Shown in pieces: positions 41,745-54,320 of a DNA stretch of 64,000 nt; position 1 is the first letter of the stretch; every line of letters begins with the position of its first letter. The notes beneath the pieces are model-generated. The model searched no databases. It was not told the origin of the DNA and saw only the letters and a program-made list of their open reading frames with translations. Origin of the DNA: the human T2T-CHM13v2.0 reference genome, Homo sapiens. The position numbers and the translations under genes are program-made. The stretch lies in the NCBI RefSeq assembly GCF_009914755.1, contig NC_060931.1. One strand, 5' to 3'.

Positions 41745-42130
41745 GCCTGGTGTGTACAGGGACTCATATTGTTTCTAAAATTCAGCTTTCATCATTTTAC
41801 TCTCCTGCTTAAAAACTTTAGTGACTCCACACCGCTTCTGGGCTGAAAGATATACTCAGTAGCCTGGCTTTTAAGGGAGGGCCTCTGTGCTGTGAGTCCA
41901 GCCTCTTTTCAGGCTCTCTCCCTAAGGCAGCTCCATGTGGCTACATTGCTCAAGCCACAGTGGTTGACTCCCTGTTCCTGTAACTTGCTGGAGGCTTCCT
42001 CACCTTTGCACCTCTGCTCAGATCATTTTGGGGCATGAAATGATCTTGTCTTTTTCTCTATCTAAAGCCTGCTTTTCCTCCAAGGCTCAGTTCTAGACGT
42101 TTCTGTGACTACTCTGACTGGATAGGAGCC
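41745..42130 (+). mobile_element. L2 fragment
   Basis: ctcctgcttaaaaactttagtgactccacaccg; cctttgcacctctgct; ttcctccaaggctcag. Confidence 0.6.
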
Positions 42131-42496
42131 TGTTCATTTTGGAATATAGAGAAAATTGAAAGTAGGTCACAGTTCTCTATTCCTTCCAGTTTGCCACCTC
42201 TCTACCACAGACAATTAATAATGAACCCTACTTTTCCCCACTTCCTGTTTGGCCACCATCTAGTCTTAGACAAACTAAGCTATTTGTCCAGGTAAACAAG
42301 TAGTTGTGGACTACAGAAATTTCTGAAGATTAGAATTGAAGTTAGTAGGGAAACAGGCCTCAAGGATAGTGCCATATTTTCTGAGAGCAGATGATTTTCA
42401 GACAAAAGGTTTTACCAACAGCATTCATATAAAGTACTGCTTTAGTCTGAGTTTGCAATGGTAGAAGTAGAGTATCTAAAGAAAGGATCCATGCCC

Positions 42497-42621
42497 TTTT
42501 TTTTTTTTTTTTTAAATAGAGACAATGTCTCACTATGTTGCTCAGGCTGGTCTGGAATTCCTGAGCTCAAGTGATCCTCCTAAAGTGCTAGAATTACAGG
42601 CATGAGCCACCACACATGGCC
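42497..42621 (-). mobile_element. FLAM_C-like free left Alu monomer
   Basis: poly-T plus one left arm; TSD atccatgcc at 42487-42495 and 42623-42631. Confidence 0.9.
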
Positions 42622-45265
42622 AATCCATGCCTTTTTACTCTGTTGTAGAGACTGTCTTGGAGTGTTGAGTTCAGACCCAGATAAAACAATAATCTTTAGA
42701 GGAAATGACCAAGATGACCAGAGGTAGGTCTGAAAACATGAAGGCCGTGTGGGTAAGAGAGAACAAGGGAGTCCATGCCTTCTGTTTTCAAATATTTAGG
42801 AGGCTACTGTCAGGAAGGAGGGATATTAGACTTCATGTATGGAACCATGGAGTGAGAACAAAGATTGCTGGGTGTAGGTTATACCAAAGATAAATTTTAT
42901 GCCAATATAAGAAATAATTTTCTCATAGTGCTGTGATAAAATGAATTTCCCCAGGAGATAGTTTCCCAAGTAGGAAGGGATATGAACAACAGGAGCTGAT
43001 ATTTGAATCGTGAATATACGTGGCCTTATAGTAAAAGGACCACAGATACTCGAATGTCAGACCTTTAGGAACAAGTCATTTTCTACTGTAGGATTTTGGA
43101 GGGTTCATAATAGAAAGTAACACATCTCCTTGTGTCTAAAAATAGGAATAAATCCTAATATGAACCAAAAAATATATTAGGTACAGTTTTCTGAGTTGAT
43201 ATTGAAATGATGAAAAAGAAAGAGATCTGGGACTGGGGGTTCTTAACACACTGGGTTTAGGGACCTCAAGAATATTGTTTAAGAATGACGAGAGATTTGC
43301 AATTTCCAAGGAGTCATAAGCAGTTTCAAAAAGTTGAATGTTTTTGAGGAACTTAAAATTCTGTTGTTTTCAAAATACTATAGAAAAGTAATATTACAAA
43401 ATTGTCTTGACATAAGTAATTTGGGTATGCTGTATAAAGGCTTCTAAGAATTAAGAAACATGGCCCGGGTTGCAAATTTTAATGCATGACTACCTTTTTT
43501 TCTATAGAATATAGCTTTTGTCAGATTCTCAGCAGTGGCTCTGATCCAGAAAACATTAAGAACCACTGGTCATGAGTGGTGATTTTCAGCTTTTTTGGTC
43601 TTAACCCACTTAGGTGGGACAGAAGCTCCTTATCTCACCTATACCATCCAGCATCAAGATAAGCACACGTTAATATGAACCATATACATATTTTGTTTTA
43701 TAAAAGTATCCCATAAGCTTTAAAAATGTAATTTTGTCATACTTACCTTGGTATAGTAGATTGTAAGTTATTTAGAGACTATAAAGTCACAGATGAATGT
43801 TTACAAGTACTCTTTTTGGAGTTGGGCTTATTCTATCTATGTCTTCTTTAGCAGTGGGGATTTGGATTATTCTTAACCATAACACATACAAGTCTCATTA
43901 TTGGAAAATTACAGGACAGAAACAAATGCTGTAAATATGCACCACTGCGCATCATGAGATTAAACAGACAATTTTCAAAAAGTCAAATTTCTAATGATAA
44001 AATTAAAGTAAGTAATTTATATTTAAAAAGCAGGAATAGCAGCAATGCAAACTGTGATTGACTTAAGACCACAGTGAGGTTACAGTGATAATAAATCATT
44101 CTTCTGGAGAATTGTGAGAATTTTCTAACTGTTGGTGTGTGTAAGTGCAAGGTAGGCACTTTGCATAATTGTATAGTAGCTGACATTCTTGATATGCCAG
44201 TTTCAAGTCCTTTATATACTTTGCTAACTTGCTGATATTAATTTATTAATACAGGTTTTTAGGACTCCCCTCTCTTATCTAAGGTAACTAGCTTATTAAA
44301 GCTCATATTAAAGAAAACAAGTATCTGTGGAAATGTTCTTGTGGGTACCAGTGATTCTAGAGCCTTACGTTAAGAAACACTAGTCTAATGGATCAATGTA
44401 TAGGTAAATGATATTAGACATTTTGAGTAGGATTAAGATCCAGGAGACTATCTGAATAATGACCTTTCTCTCTCTTTCTTTTTAAAATATGGTCATCCTA
44501 ACGCGTATGATAACCCAGATACTCTTTCTTTTTAAATACCCTTTTATTTACCAACCCTCTTAAACCTGGCCCTGAAGTTAAGATCAACAGCTATGTGTGA
44601 ATAATTTTTTTCCTTCTCCTTTGCTTTGCTTTTCCTATCAAATTGAAATACCCTGCCACTTTCTTCCCTCTCTGAAAACACAAAAGAGGATTAAGCCATA
44701 TAATGGACTATTTATGTGTCAAATTAAACGTTTTACTCTGAGGCTGTTTCTGAGTTATGCGAGCAGTAAAAATATGTATTAAGCTGCCAAGCCTTTTAAA
44801 AAATGCATGTTATTTAGCTGATAGCCTGTAACAGTCTGATGGACCCATAATGGTGTTTTGAGTAAATACGCATTTGAACAATTTATGAAACTTATGTTTA
44901 CATGTGTATTAAACAGCCTGGGTAGGGAGTGACCAAAAGTTATTACCAGTTGACAGCTGTTGTCTGGTGACCAATTTGAAATGAATTGGTGGATTCCCTT
45001 CAGTGCGGAGTAAACAGGTTTCCCAGTCAGGGGAGCATGCTGAATAATTATCAGTGTGTGGGGCCTCAGCCCTGGAGGCCTGTGTGTTGGTTGAATGAGG
45101 TGCTGGAATAAAATGTCTCAACTCTACAGTGAAGTTGCACCTTAGATTCACATTTATGATCTAGTTTATTTTGTACTTGGAAATTTATAATTATGTTCAC
45201 AGAGTACAGGCTGTGCATAACAATATATTCTGCCCTTGGGAAGAGGGTTCATGTTTGTTTATTTC

Positions 45266-45567
45266 CTTTTTTTCTTTTTTAACTGACATATAATCGTACA
45301 TATTTATGGGGTACATAGTGATGTTCAATACATACAATGTATAGTGATCAGATCAGGGTAATTAGCATTCCATCATCTCAAACATTTATCATTTCTTTTT
45401 GTTGGGTGCATTTAGTATTTTCCTTCTAGCTATTTGACAATACGTAATATATTATTGTTAACTATAGTCATCTTCCAGTGCTATAGAACACTATAATAGA
45501 ACTTACTCCTATTTAGCTGTAGTTTTGTATCCTTTAACAGAGCTCTCCCTATCTTCCCCACACCCCC
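45266..45567 (-). mobile_element. 5'-truncated L1MA-type 3' end with TSD
   Basis: gtacatatttatggggtacatagtgatg...gatcagggtaattagc...ctcaaacatttatcatttc; TSD ttgtttatttc at 45255-45265 and 45568-45578. Confidence 0.88.
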
Positions 45568-46120
45568 TTGTTTATTTCTTTGACATTATCCATCTAGGGA
45601 AATGATCTTGAAATTTTTATGATGTGTCCATATCAACAATACATATTTTATATTTGTTCACTTCAAAATTATATGCATATTTACATGTGTAAATTTTATT
45701 CCAAAATTAGGAGTTTAAAGGATTGAGATAAAAATTAATTACATATAGATAATTTGATTTTCTTTTTGTACCTGAATGAATCCTCTTTGGCACTGTCTGG
45801 GATGTGCAGATTTTGCCTTGGAGATTAAGGCGAGTGTCTTGAAACCTTTGTGTAATGAAAAGGGCATTGTGGATTATAGTCATTCATAAACCTGGGCAAA
45901 TCATTCAGCTACCTTGAGGTCTAGTTTCCTCATTTGTAGAATATGGATCCCTGCCTGGGGGGTTTCATAAAGACTACTGATAGTAAATGTCAGGTGTCTA
46001 CCTTGACCACAAAATCACTTCCTCAGAGAGGCTTTCCCTGACCTCTTTTCTCCATGATAGCTCCTCTTTTCTTCCTGATCACTCTCTAACTCCTTACCTT
46101 TTAATTAATTAATTAATTAA

Positions 46121-46806
<686 letters not shown>

Positions 46807-47094
46807 TGAATGAATATTATTTAAGTTTCTACTGGATTGTAAGCTTTGTAAGGGGAGATATTTTTAAAATTTTACTTTTTTGGTCTGTTACTGCTGTATC
46901 CATAACTCCTAGAATAGCATGTGCATGGCACATAGTAGGTACTCAGTAAATATTAGTCATGATTTGAATATTTCATAACTTAGTAGTTGACTAATAAATA
47001 GAGGCTGTTACTGTTTTCATGGAGTATCCTACATATAATATAGTTGGTGTTCTAGGATAGAAGACATAATTCTCTATGTATGAATTGCTCTCAC

Positions 47095-48586
47095 TGTCAC
47101 AGGATCCTTAGGGTGTCACTTTTCCAGCTGGAAACCTCTGTGGCCTATGGTGCCTTTGCCCAAGTTTTGCTCCGGCCTGCTGGGCTTGTTCCACCCACTC
47201 AGCTGGGCAGGCTGTGCTCAGGTTTTGCTGCCGGCCTGAATCCCATGCCTGCCAAGTGTGAGCAGGCGCAGAGCGGCAAGGGGTGTGTGAGCAAGTGCAG
47301 GGTCCGGCCACTGGCACAGCCAGGCATGCTGGCTGTGGGGTGGGCAGCTCCATATGAGGCTGTGGCTGGACCAGGTGTACTGCAAGCAGCTTCCACTGTG
47401 GGCACTGGGGAATGCGGTGGCACCTGGAAGCTTGGAGACTCCAGGAACCACAGAACCCCAAACAGGGTGTCACAGTCCTGGCTTGTAGAGCCACTAGGTT
47501 TGGGCTTCCTGAAGGGCTGCAACTCTTCTCTCTTTCTCGTCACCTGCAATGTGGCTATTGGGGGTTGTGTTACACCCCTTTCAGTCCCGCAATTCAGCGG
47601 GTGCTGAGTTTTGTCCTGCATCCAGGAAGAATGAGATACGTGGACAACCAGAGGGTGAGCAAGGCGGAGAGGGGCTTCATTTAAGTGACAGAAGAGCTCT
47701 TAGGAGATCAGAAGTGGGTAGCTCCCTTCCACAGCAGGTCATCCTGACGAGTTTCCAGCTGTCAGCAGAGAGGAGACCCATAGTGGGTAAGTGCTTTCCA
47801 TAGTCAGGTTGTCCTGACAAGTTGAGGAGACCCAAAGTGGGTATCTCCTTCCTGCAGCTGGTAGTCCTGACATCTGCCTGAGTCTACCTGAGTCCGAGGG
47901 TTTTTATGGGCTCGGAAGGGAGGAAGTATGTGCTGATTGGTCCATGGGTGGCCATGAGTGGGCCTGGAGAAAGCACCGTAAGTTCTTATTCCAAGCCACG
48001 GACTCCAGCTGGAACTGGCAGCCTGGCCCCTAGGCTTCAGGCCATCCCTGGCTTGAAGTTGGGGTTTCACAGGGGACCTACCCCTTTCCGCCCAGGAACC
48101 TGTCTGCCTCCCACCGTCAACAAGCTGTCCATTGTGTCTAGGCTGTTTGTGCAGAGAGGGGTGTCTGCAGACCCATGCCAAGCTACCCTCAGCACCCACC
48201 CCCATCCTCCACTTCCCTCCTGCACCTGTTTGCAGCCAAAGTCCAGAGGGGGCCGAGGTGGCAGAGGGCTGGTGTGTCAACATCACCTGAGCTACTGTAC
48301 ACCTGACTGGGTCGCGGCAGTGCCCAGTCTCAGCCACAACTTTGCTCTGCACCAGAGCAGGTGCCGGGAGTGGGGAGAGGCCAGGGAGTGGGAGCATGTA
48401 CTTCCAAGCCTATGGGAGTTGGGCCCCCGAGAACACAGGGATGCCTGGGTCCAGAGCCACAGCTGGGCAGCTGCAGCTGTGCCCAGGAGTGCAGGGCTCC
48501 CACCCTGCTAACTCGGTATGGGGTGGGGCTCCTGTCTTTTCCTGGCTGTGCCTCCCCTGCTGCAGCATGGGCCGCTGCTGCCATCA
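47095..48586 (-). mobile_element. MER52-like ERV1 solo LTR (about 1.5 kb, GC-rich)
   Basis: tgtcacaggatccttagggtgtcacttttccagctggaaacctctgtgg ... gggccgctgctgccatca; TG...CA ends; 4-bp TSD tcac/tcag; CCAAT (47936-47940) and CATAAAAA (47901-47908) on the - strand. Confidence 0.88.
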
Positions 48587-48654
48587 TCAGTGGGACCCAA
48601 GGCAGGAAGTGTTTTTTCCTGTAGGGAGGATAGATTTTTTTTTGTCTCTTACAG

Positions 48655-48729
48655 GTAGCATCTGGCAGGCATGTAGAAGTTAGACATGAAGCCTCCACCC
48701 ATGGATCTGAGCCAAGTAGACTGACCTGT
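48655..48729 (+). other. Candidate 75-nt cassette exon
   Basis: tttttttttgtctcttacag acceptor, GTAAGC donor, stop-free in phase 0. Confidence 0.25.
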
Positions 48730-49849
48730 GTAAGCTTCAGATGCCTCAGTCTTGGTCTCCTTAGCTCCCTGTTTTTGTCAACTGTGCCATCCAGCTGAGC
48801 ACCTTAGAGCTTGAAGCTGAGAGCTTCAGCGGGGCCAGTGCCTACAAGGGCTGTGTGTATATGCTTTAGAGGTGGGAGAATTGTGCTGCCAGTGGGCGTT
48901 TGGCCCACTAAGGAGAACACCTGTGACCTCTGCAATCTTCCCTACCCCTGGCATTCCAAGTGCCATTCCAAGTCTGTAGAGATAATAGAACAAACGTAAT
49001 TTTTTGTGTGGTTGGCAACGAAGACTGGAGGAGAATAACCACACCTTTGGAAGACTTCGGTGGTCCTTTGAAATGAGGAGTTTTTATAGAAACACTTATC
49101 ATTTTAAAGACCTACCATTTTTAAGGTCACTCTTCTGCTAGGGCTGTGAAATACAGACATATGAAATGTTTTCCAGTGTTGCTCTGGTACTTACGTGTGT
49201 GATGATTTTATTGGAGAAATGGATGAATATGAGGTTGGAGAGTCTTTACATGTATGAACTATCAAATATACAGTTCAGTAGCCTGAAAACATTAACAAAT
49301 AGCTTTTATTTATTGTATCCTTATGTCTTTCAATTTGGTTCTTATCTGTTGTCTCTTCAGTTGATGCAAATTTGTGCTCAACTTTTCCTGAGGGGAAATG
49401 GAGAGATACTTTCTTGGATTAGCTTATGATCTTGAACTTGACTATTTTAAAGAGTCATGGTATATACCAATCTGGATTGTGTTTAGGATGGGGCTTGGGG
49501 GATGGTTTCTTTGTTCTCTTTTGGCCCACGTCTTCTAACAACCCATTTGTTTAGGGGGTTTTATGCTGCTTAGAGTGAGCTGAGAATGTGCTCAAGCACA
49601 TAATTTTAGCCTGTTTTTCAGGTTTACATGAAAAATGTAACAGGCTTCTGAAACCCCTCTAGGTTCCAGCTTTCAAGAGGCTGGTCAGGAATGCACTGAC
49701 CGAGAGACTTCCCTCAAAATTAATTTATAAACACGCTAGAACTTTCCTCACCTTAATTTTGAGAAAAAGATCTCTCTCATGGCATTTTCAAGTGTTATGG
49801 TAGATGGAAATAATGAGGAAACTGTGGCACCTTGAACAGAGTGAGAGGT

Positions 49850-50060
49850 TTAGAGTTGTATAGACCTTAGTACAAATTTTGACTCTGTCATTAATTACCT
49901 GTTCTGTCATGAGTGAGTTACTTAACATTCCCTGAGCCTCAGTTTCAGCATCTGTACAGTGAGGATTCTATTTATTTCATACTGTTGTGGAGACTTGAGC
50001 AACAGAGTGTGAAAACATCTGTCAGCGCCTGGTGTATTTTGGACATTCTGTAAATCTTAG
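49850..50060 (+). mobile_element. MIR SINE
   Basis: gagttacttaacattccctgagcctcagtttcagcatctgtacagtgagga. Confidence 0.7.
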
Positions 50061-50586
50061 CAGCCCATTTCCCCATTCTGGGGGTAAAGCCACAGGACTT
50101 TTTTGGCAAATAGTTGAGATACTTGGTGCCAAAAGGAAATTTAACTCATGCCATGACAAGTTTTTTTGTATAAGGATGGGATTCTGGAAACATGATAATT
50201 TTTTCTCTTGGCCATATGGATTAGCAAAGGCTTTAGAAAACTACAAAAAAGACTAATTTGTTGCCTCTGGATGTGTGTGTTATTTTGGGCTGTTAATATA
50301 CTTGACTGCTTGTTTCAAGGACTGGAACCTTTTCTTTTACCTTTAAGATTCCTGCATTTTCATGTGCTCATTCAGCTGGGATTTGTGTTTCATAGAACTG
50401 GTAGTATTGGAGGTAGAGGAGATACTGTGATATCATATCTCTCTCTCTGTCTGTCTCTCTCTCTCTCTCCCACTGAAGAAGAGAAGACAAAATTTAGAGA
50501 ATTTGAGACTTGCTCAAAGTTGTGTAGCTAGTTAGCGATAAAGCTGGAATTGCACCAGATTTGATTTCCATGACATTGCTTTAGCC

Positions 50587-50736
50587 TGGTGGTTCTCAAA
50601 GCATGGTTATTGGACCAGCAGCATCCCTTGGGAATTTGTTAGATATGCAAATTCATGAGATCCCCATTCCCTTATCAGAAATTTTAATACGCTGTGTAGG
50701 GTGATTCTAATGCCTGCTAAAACTTGGGAACCACTA
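50587..50736. mobile_element. MER5A-like MITE, internally deleted
   Basis: gtggttctcaaagcatgg...ggaccagcagcatc...ggtgattctaatgc...ttgggaaccact. Confidence 0.8.
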
Positions 50737-51273
50737 CTGTGGTCTTTACACTATTGGGCAGGGAGATGGGAGACTACAGGTAGATTTGCTGAATTTCATG
50801 GGCAACACTAGGTTTTCATTTTACCTTATTGTTCTGCCATTTAGATGTCTCCTCTTAAAACATTTTTACTTGCAGTGATGGCTTCCTTAGACTCGTGTGT
50901 GATTGTTGCTGGGGCAGTTAGGTGGAACTAATAGGTGTTGCTTGTTGATTCCCTGCTACCAAGTACTAGTTTTGAAATTTGAGTATTCATTAAAAACAAA
51001 TAGGGATTTCTGTGTCTCACTCCTGGAAATTCTGACTCAGTGGGGGTAAGGATTAGGAATGTTTAATTTTTGAAAGCCCTGCAGGTAATTTTTTTTCTAC
51101 TTTTTAAAAATTATAATTTTTATTTTCTTTACTGTTCTTTTAAGACATCCTGTTATAGCATCTGCAGGTGATTTTGATGCCCAGCCATGTTTGGGGAAAA
51201 AAGTTTGGGTTCTGAGTGAAAATAGAAAACGTAATGACATGGAAAGGAAGTCAGGGGATAAGAAAAGCTCTAT

Positions 51274-51391
51274 GGCCAGCCATGGTGGCTCACACCTGTA
51301 ATCCCAGCACTTTGGGAGGCTGAGATGGGCAGATGGCTTGGGCTCACGAGTTTGAGACCAGCCTAGGCAACATGGCAAAACCATGTTCCTA
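51274..51391 (+). mobile_element. Alu left monomer (FLAM/AluJ fragment)
   Basis: ggccagccatggtggctcacacctgtaatcccagcactttggg...gagaccagcctaggcaacatggcaaaacc; no clear tail. Confidence 0.88.
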
Positions 51392-51817
51392 TTCAGGAAC
51401 AAAGAATAGATCACAAATTAAACTCTGTGGGTTTTCATAAGTGGAAAGTTGGCTTTCGTTGTTCTGTATTTGGGTGCTTAGTGGACAGGAGTTATCTAAA
51501 AGAAGTAATTATAGTTGTAATGCGGACCCTCAAAGTTGAAAGTAGATTGAAATCCATTATTTTACAAGGTGGCCTTACTATTTATAGTTTGACTGTAGGT
51601 ATGGCAGTGAGAGATAAAATTACTTTTTCTAGCTTTGCAAAACGCCAAACGTCTTTGAAATTAAGAGTAAAAGGGGTTTAAAATATGTACTGCTTTATAA
51701 AGCAGGAAAACCCCACTGGAACATTTTGGGTGTTTACAGAAATGGGTATTCCATGGGAGAGAACGTGGTAACCTATGTTTTGTCATCATTTGTTTAATCA
51801 CTGAAAATATATTAACA

Positions 51818-52120
51818 GGCCAGGCATGGTAGCTCATGCCTGTAATCCCAGCGCTTTGGCAGGCTGAGGTGGGAGGATTGCTTGAGCCCAGGAGTTTGAG
51901 ATCAGCTTGGGAAACACAGTGAGACTCCATTTCTACAAAAAAAGAAAAAAGAAAAAAAAGTCACATGTGGTGGCACACCCCTGTGGTCCCAGCTACTTTG
52001 GAGGCTAAGGTGGGAGGATAGCTCGAGCCCCAGAGATCAAGGCCGCCGTGAACTGTGATCGCACCACTGCACTCCAGGCTGAGCAACAGATCAAGACTCT
52101 TGTATAAAAAAGAAAAAAAA
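51818..52120 (+). mobile_element. AluJ
   Basis: Full dimer; degenerate TSD aaatata(g)attaaca. Confidence 0.93.
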
Positions 52121-53820
52121 TTTTTTTAAAAATATAAATATAGATTAACAAAGTAACAGGGAATATAATATTTTCAGGTTGGTCATATAGAGGAAATACT
52201 ATATTGTGTTATTCAGCTTAATAAAATATAAAACAAAAAAATTATTAACTGTTTGAAAAATTGTAGTCAGATATTTGATTAGGGGTAGGTCCTGATTTGG
52301 ATGAATTTGAATCACATTCGACTAAATATTGTGCTTTTTAATACTCACTTTAAAAACAAAATTAATTGGGCAAATGTTCATATCCATTTTAAAAAACTAT
52401 CCTCTTAAAACTAGATTGATAGTAGACATTAATAGGCTTGATGTTGTTTATAATATTTTGCTATATTTTAAGAGCATGCTTTTGTATATTTTCTGTTTTA
52501 GTGAAGCATTTTAAAAATGCCCCCCTCCCACAACTGCAGGAATAAATCTAACAGATTTTGACCAAAATTACTCTAATTTTGAATTTCTTGAAACTGGGTA
52601 TGGAAACTAGACATTAAAAAAAATCTTTATTTTTAAGCACGGTTTCTTGGTCAGTAGCTTCTGTATTACGGGAGAACACAAGAAGGGGCCTTCTTGACAC
52701 TCAAGAAATGCTCTTTTTCCATCTACAAATAGGAAGACACCCTTTGTGGTATTTTTGTTTTGTGGGCCCTGAATGAAAACGTATTATGATCAGTTTTAAA
52801 AATTGCTGCCCCTTTAATATCTGAATATATTCGTGGCTAGTGAAGCACATGCATCTGTCAGATCATGGGTGAGAATTCACTTTTCTTTTTGCGATTTCTC
52901 CAGCCACAAGGACAAATTTAGTTTTGCAGAGCAGTTTGACACCTCTAGAAGCCTGCGGTTAGCCTCGGTGCACCTCTAGCAGCTGCATAGGCTCAAGAGG
53001 ACCTCTGTTCTTCCCTTTTTGGTTTGGTTACCTTACCCCTCCTCAGGGAAAGGCCAAGAGACTCAGCACTTCCTCCCCAAGTGAGTTTCCTTAGTAACGT
53101 CAGCCTTCTCTAATGCTGGCCAAGGGTGTCTTTGCTGGGCTGTTTTCCCTCCAAAATAGACTCACTGGGGTATAGAATTTTTTTTTTACGTGAAGGGTAT
53201 AGAATTATTTTCAGAATAGCAGCAGGGTAATTAGGCTCATTGTTGACATGTCATTGAAGTCTCCATGTGACAAAATTGCTCCTCCCTCTTTGAGCACTCT
53301 GAATACTCTTACCCTCTTATCTCGATCTGCTCTTTAGAAATACCAGCAGATAATCTGGGAGAAGGCCACCATAGCCATGCACAGAGTGGGGAGAATGAGG
53401 AGATCTTTGCTGAATGTCTTTTAGTTGTTTGAGTTGGAGATAAATGCAGAATGACCTCCATTTTGCCCTAAGAACCTGACCTTCTTGTCACTTTGTGTAA
53501 CATTAATTTTCTAATGTGTTCTGGTCAATTTGTAAAAAGATTTTTTTTCTAGTGTCTCAGCTGTTGGTTTGACTTTTGTATTTTCATTGGTAAAATATGT
53601 ATGTCTTTGCTGTGAGCAGAGAGAAACAGATTAATAAAAACCACTGAACCAGCATTGCATATGTAATTAATTAACACCACCAGGAAAGCTGGTTCATGGT
53701 TGTGTGTAAACTTATTTCCAAACATCTAAAAAACGTTTAGAGTTATCTTATTCAGTTGTCTCACTTCTAAGGGATAGGTTAGGAAGCTGTAACGTATGTG
53801 TATGCACAGAAACTGTTGGA

Positions 53821-54006
53821 CAATGATTCTCAAACTTTACTTTTCATTAAAATCGTCTGGAGGGCTTATTAAAATGTAGATTGCTAGACCTCATCCATAG
53901 TTTCTGATTCAGTATGCCTGGGTGGGGCCTTAAAATTTGCATTTCTCATGTGGCCCCAGGCATTGCTGATGCTACTAGTCCAAGGACCTTACTCTGAGAA
54001 TCAGTT
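53821..54006. mobile_element. MER5A MITE
   Basis: caatgattctcaaact...gtttctgattcagta...ggtggggcc...tttgcatttct...gctgatgct...tgagaatc. Confidence 0.85.
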
Positions 54007-54109
54007 TTAGGATGTAGATCTTATGTTCCTCTTTGCCAAGGGCAAATGAACTGAATTGTATAGGCTTCCTTTTCTTTTACAAGAAGCATTGCCTCTTCTA
54101 AGTAGACAT

Positions 54110-54320
54110 CCACCAAATATTTATGTACTGTATCCATGGTGCCATGCACTGAGCTAGGTGCACTGGGGATAAATAAAATGATCTCTGCCTTGGGGAACTC
54201 ACAGTTGAGAGAGGATTAAATTAAGAAACCCACCAATCGTGATTCAATATGAGAAGTGCTGTGGTGATGTCAGGGGTAGGCTTTCTAGATTTGCTATGAG
54301 GTGCAGTCTGAGCTTTTTCT
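54110..54320 (-). mobile_element. L2 3' fragment
   Basis: caccaaatatttatg...gtgccatgcactgagctaggtgcactggggata...ctctgccttggggaactcacag. Confidence 0.65.

Noticed and set aside
47080-48698. Cluster of long overlapping ORFs (175, 197, 201, 140 aa and others) on both strands
   Set aside because: They lie in the GC-rich MER52-like LTR where stop codons are scarce; no gag/pol/env or other domain similarity
52940-52985. Two cacctctag motifs resembling CTCF sites on -
   Set aside because: Several mismatches at core CTCF positions
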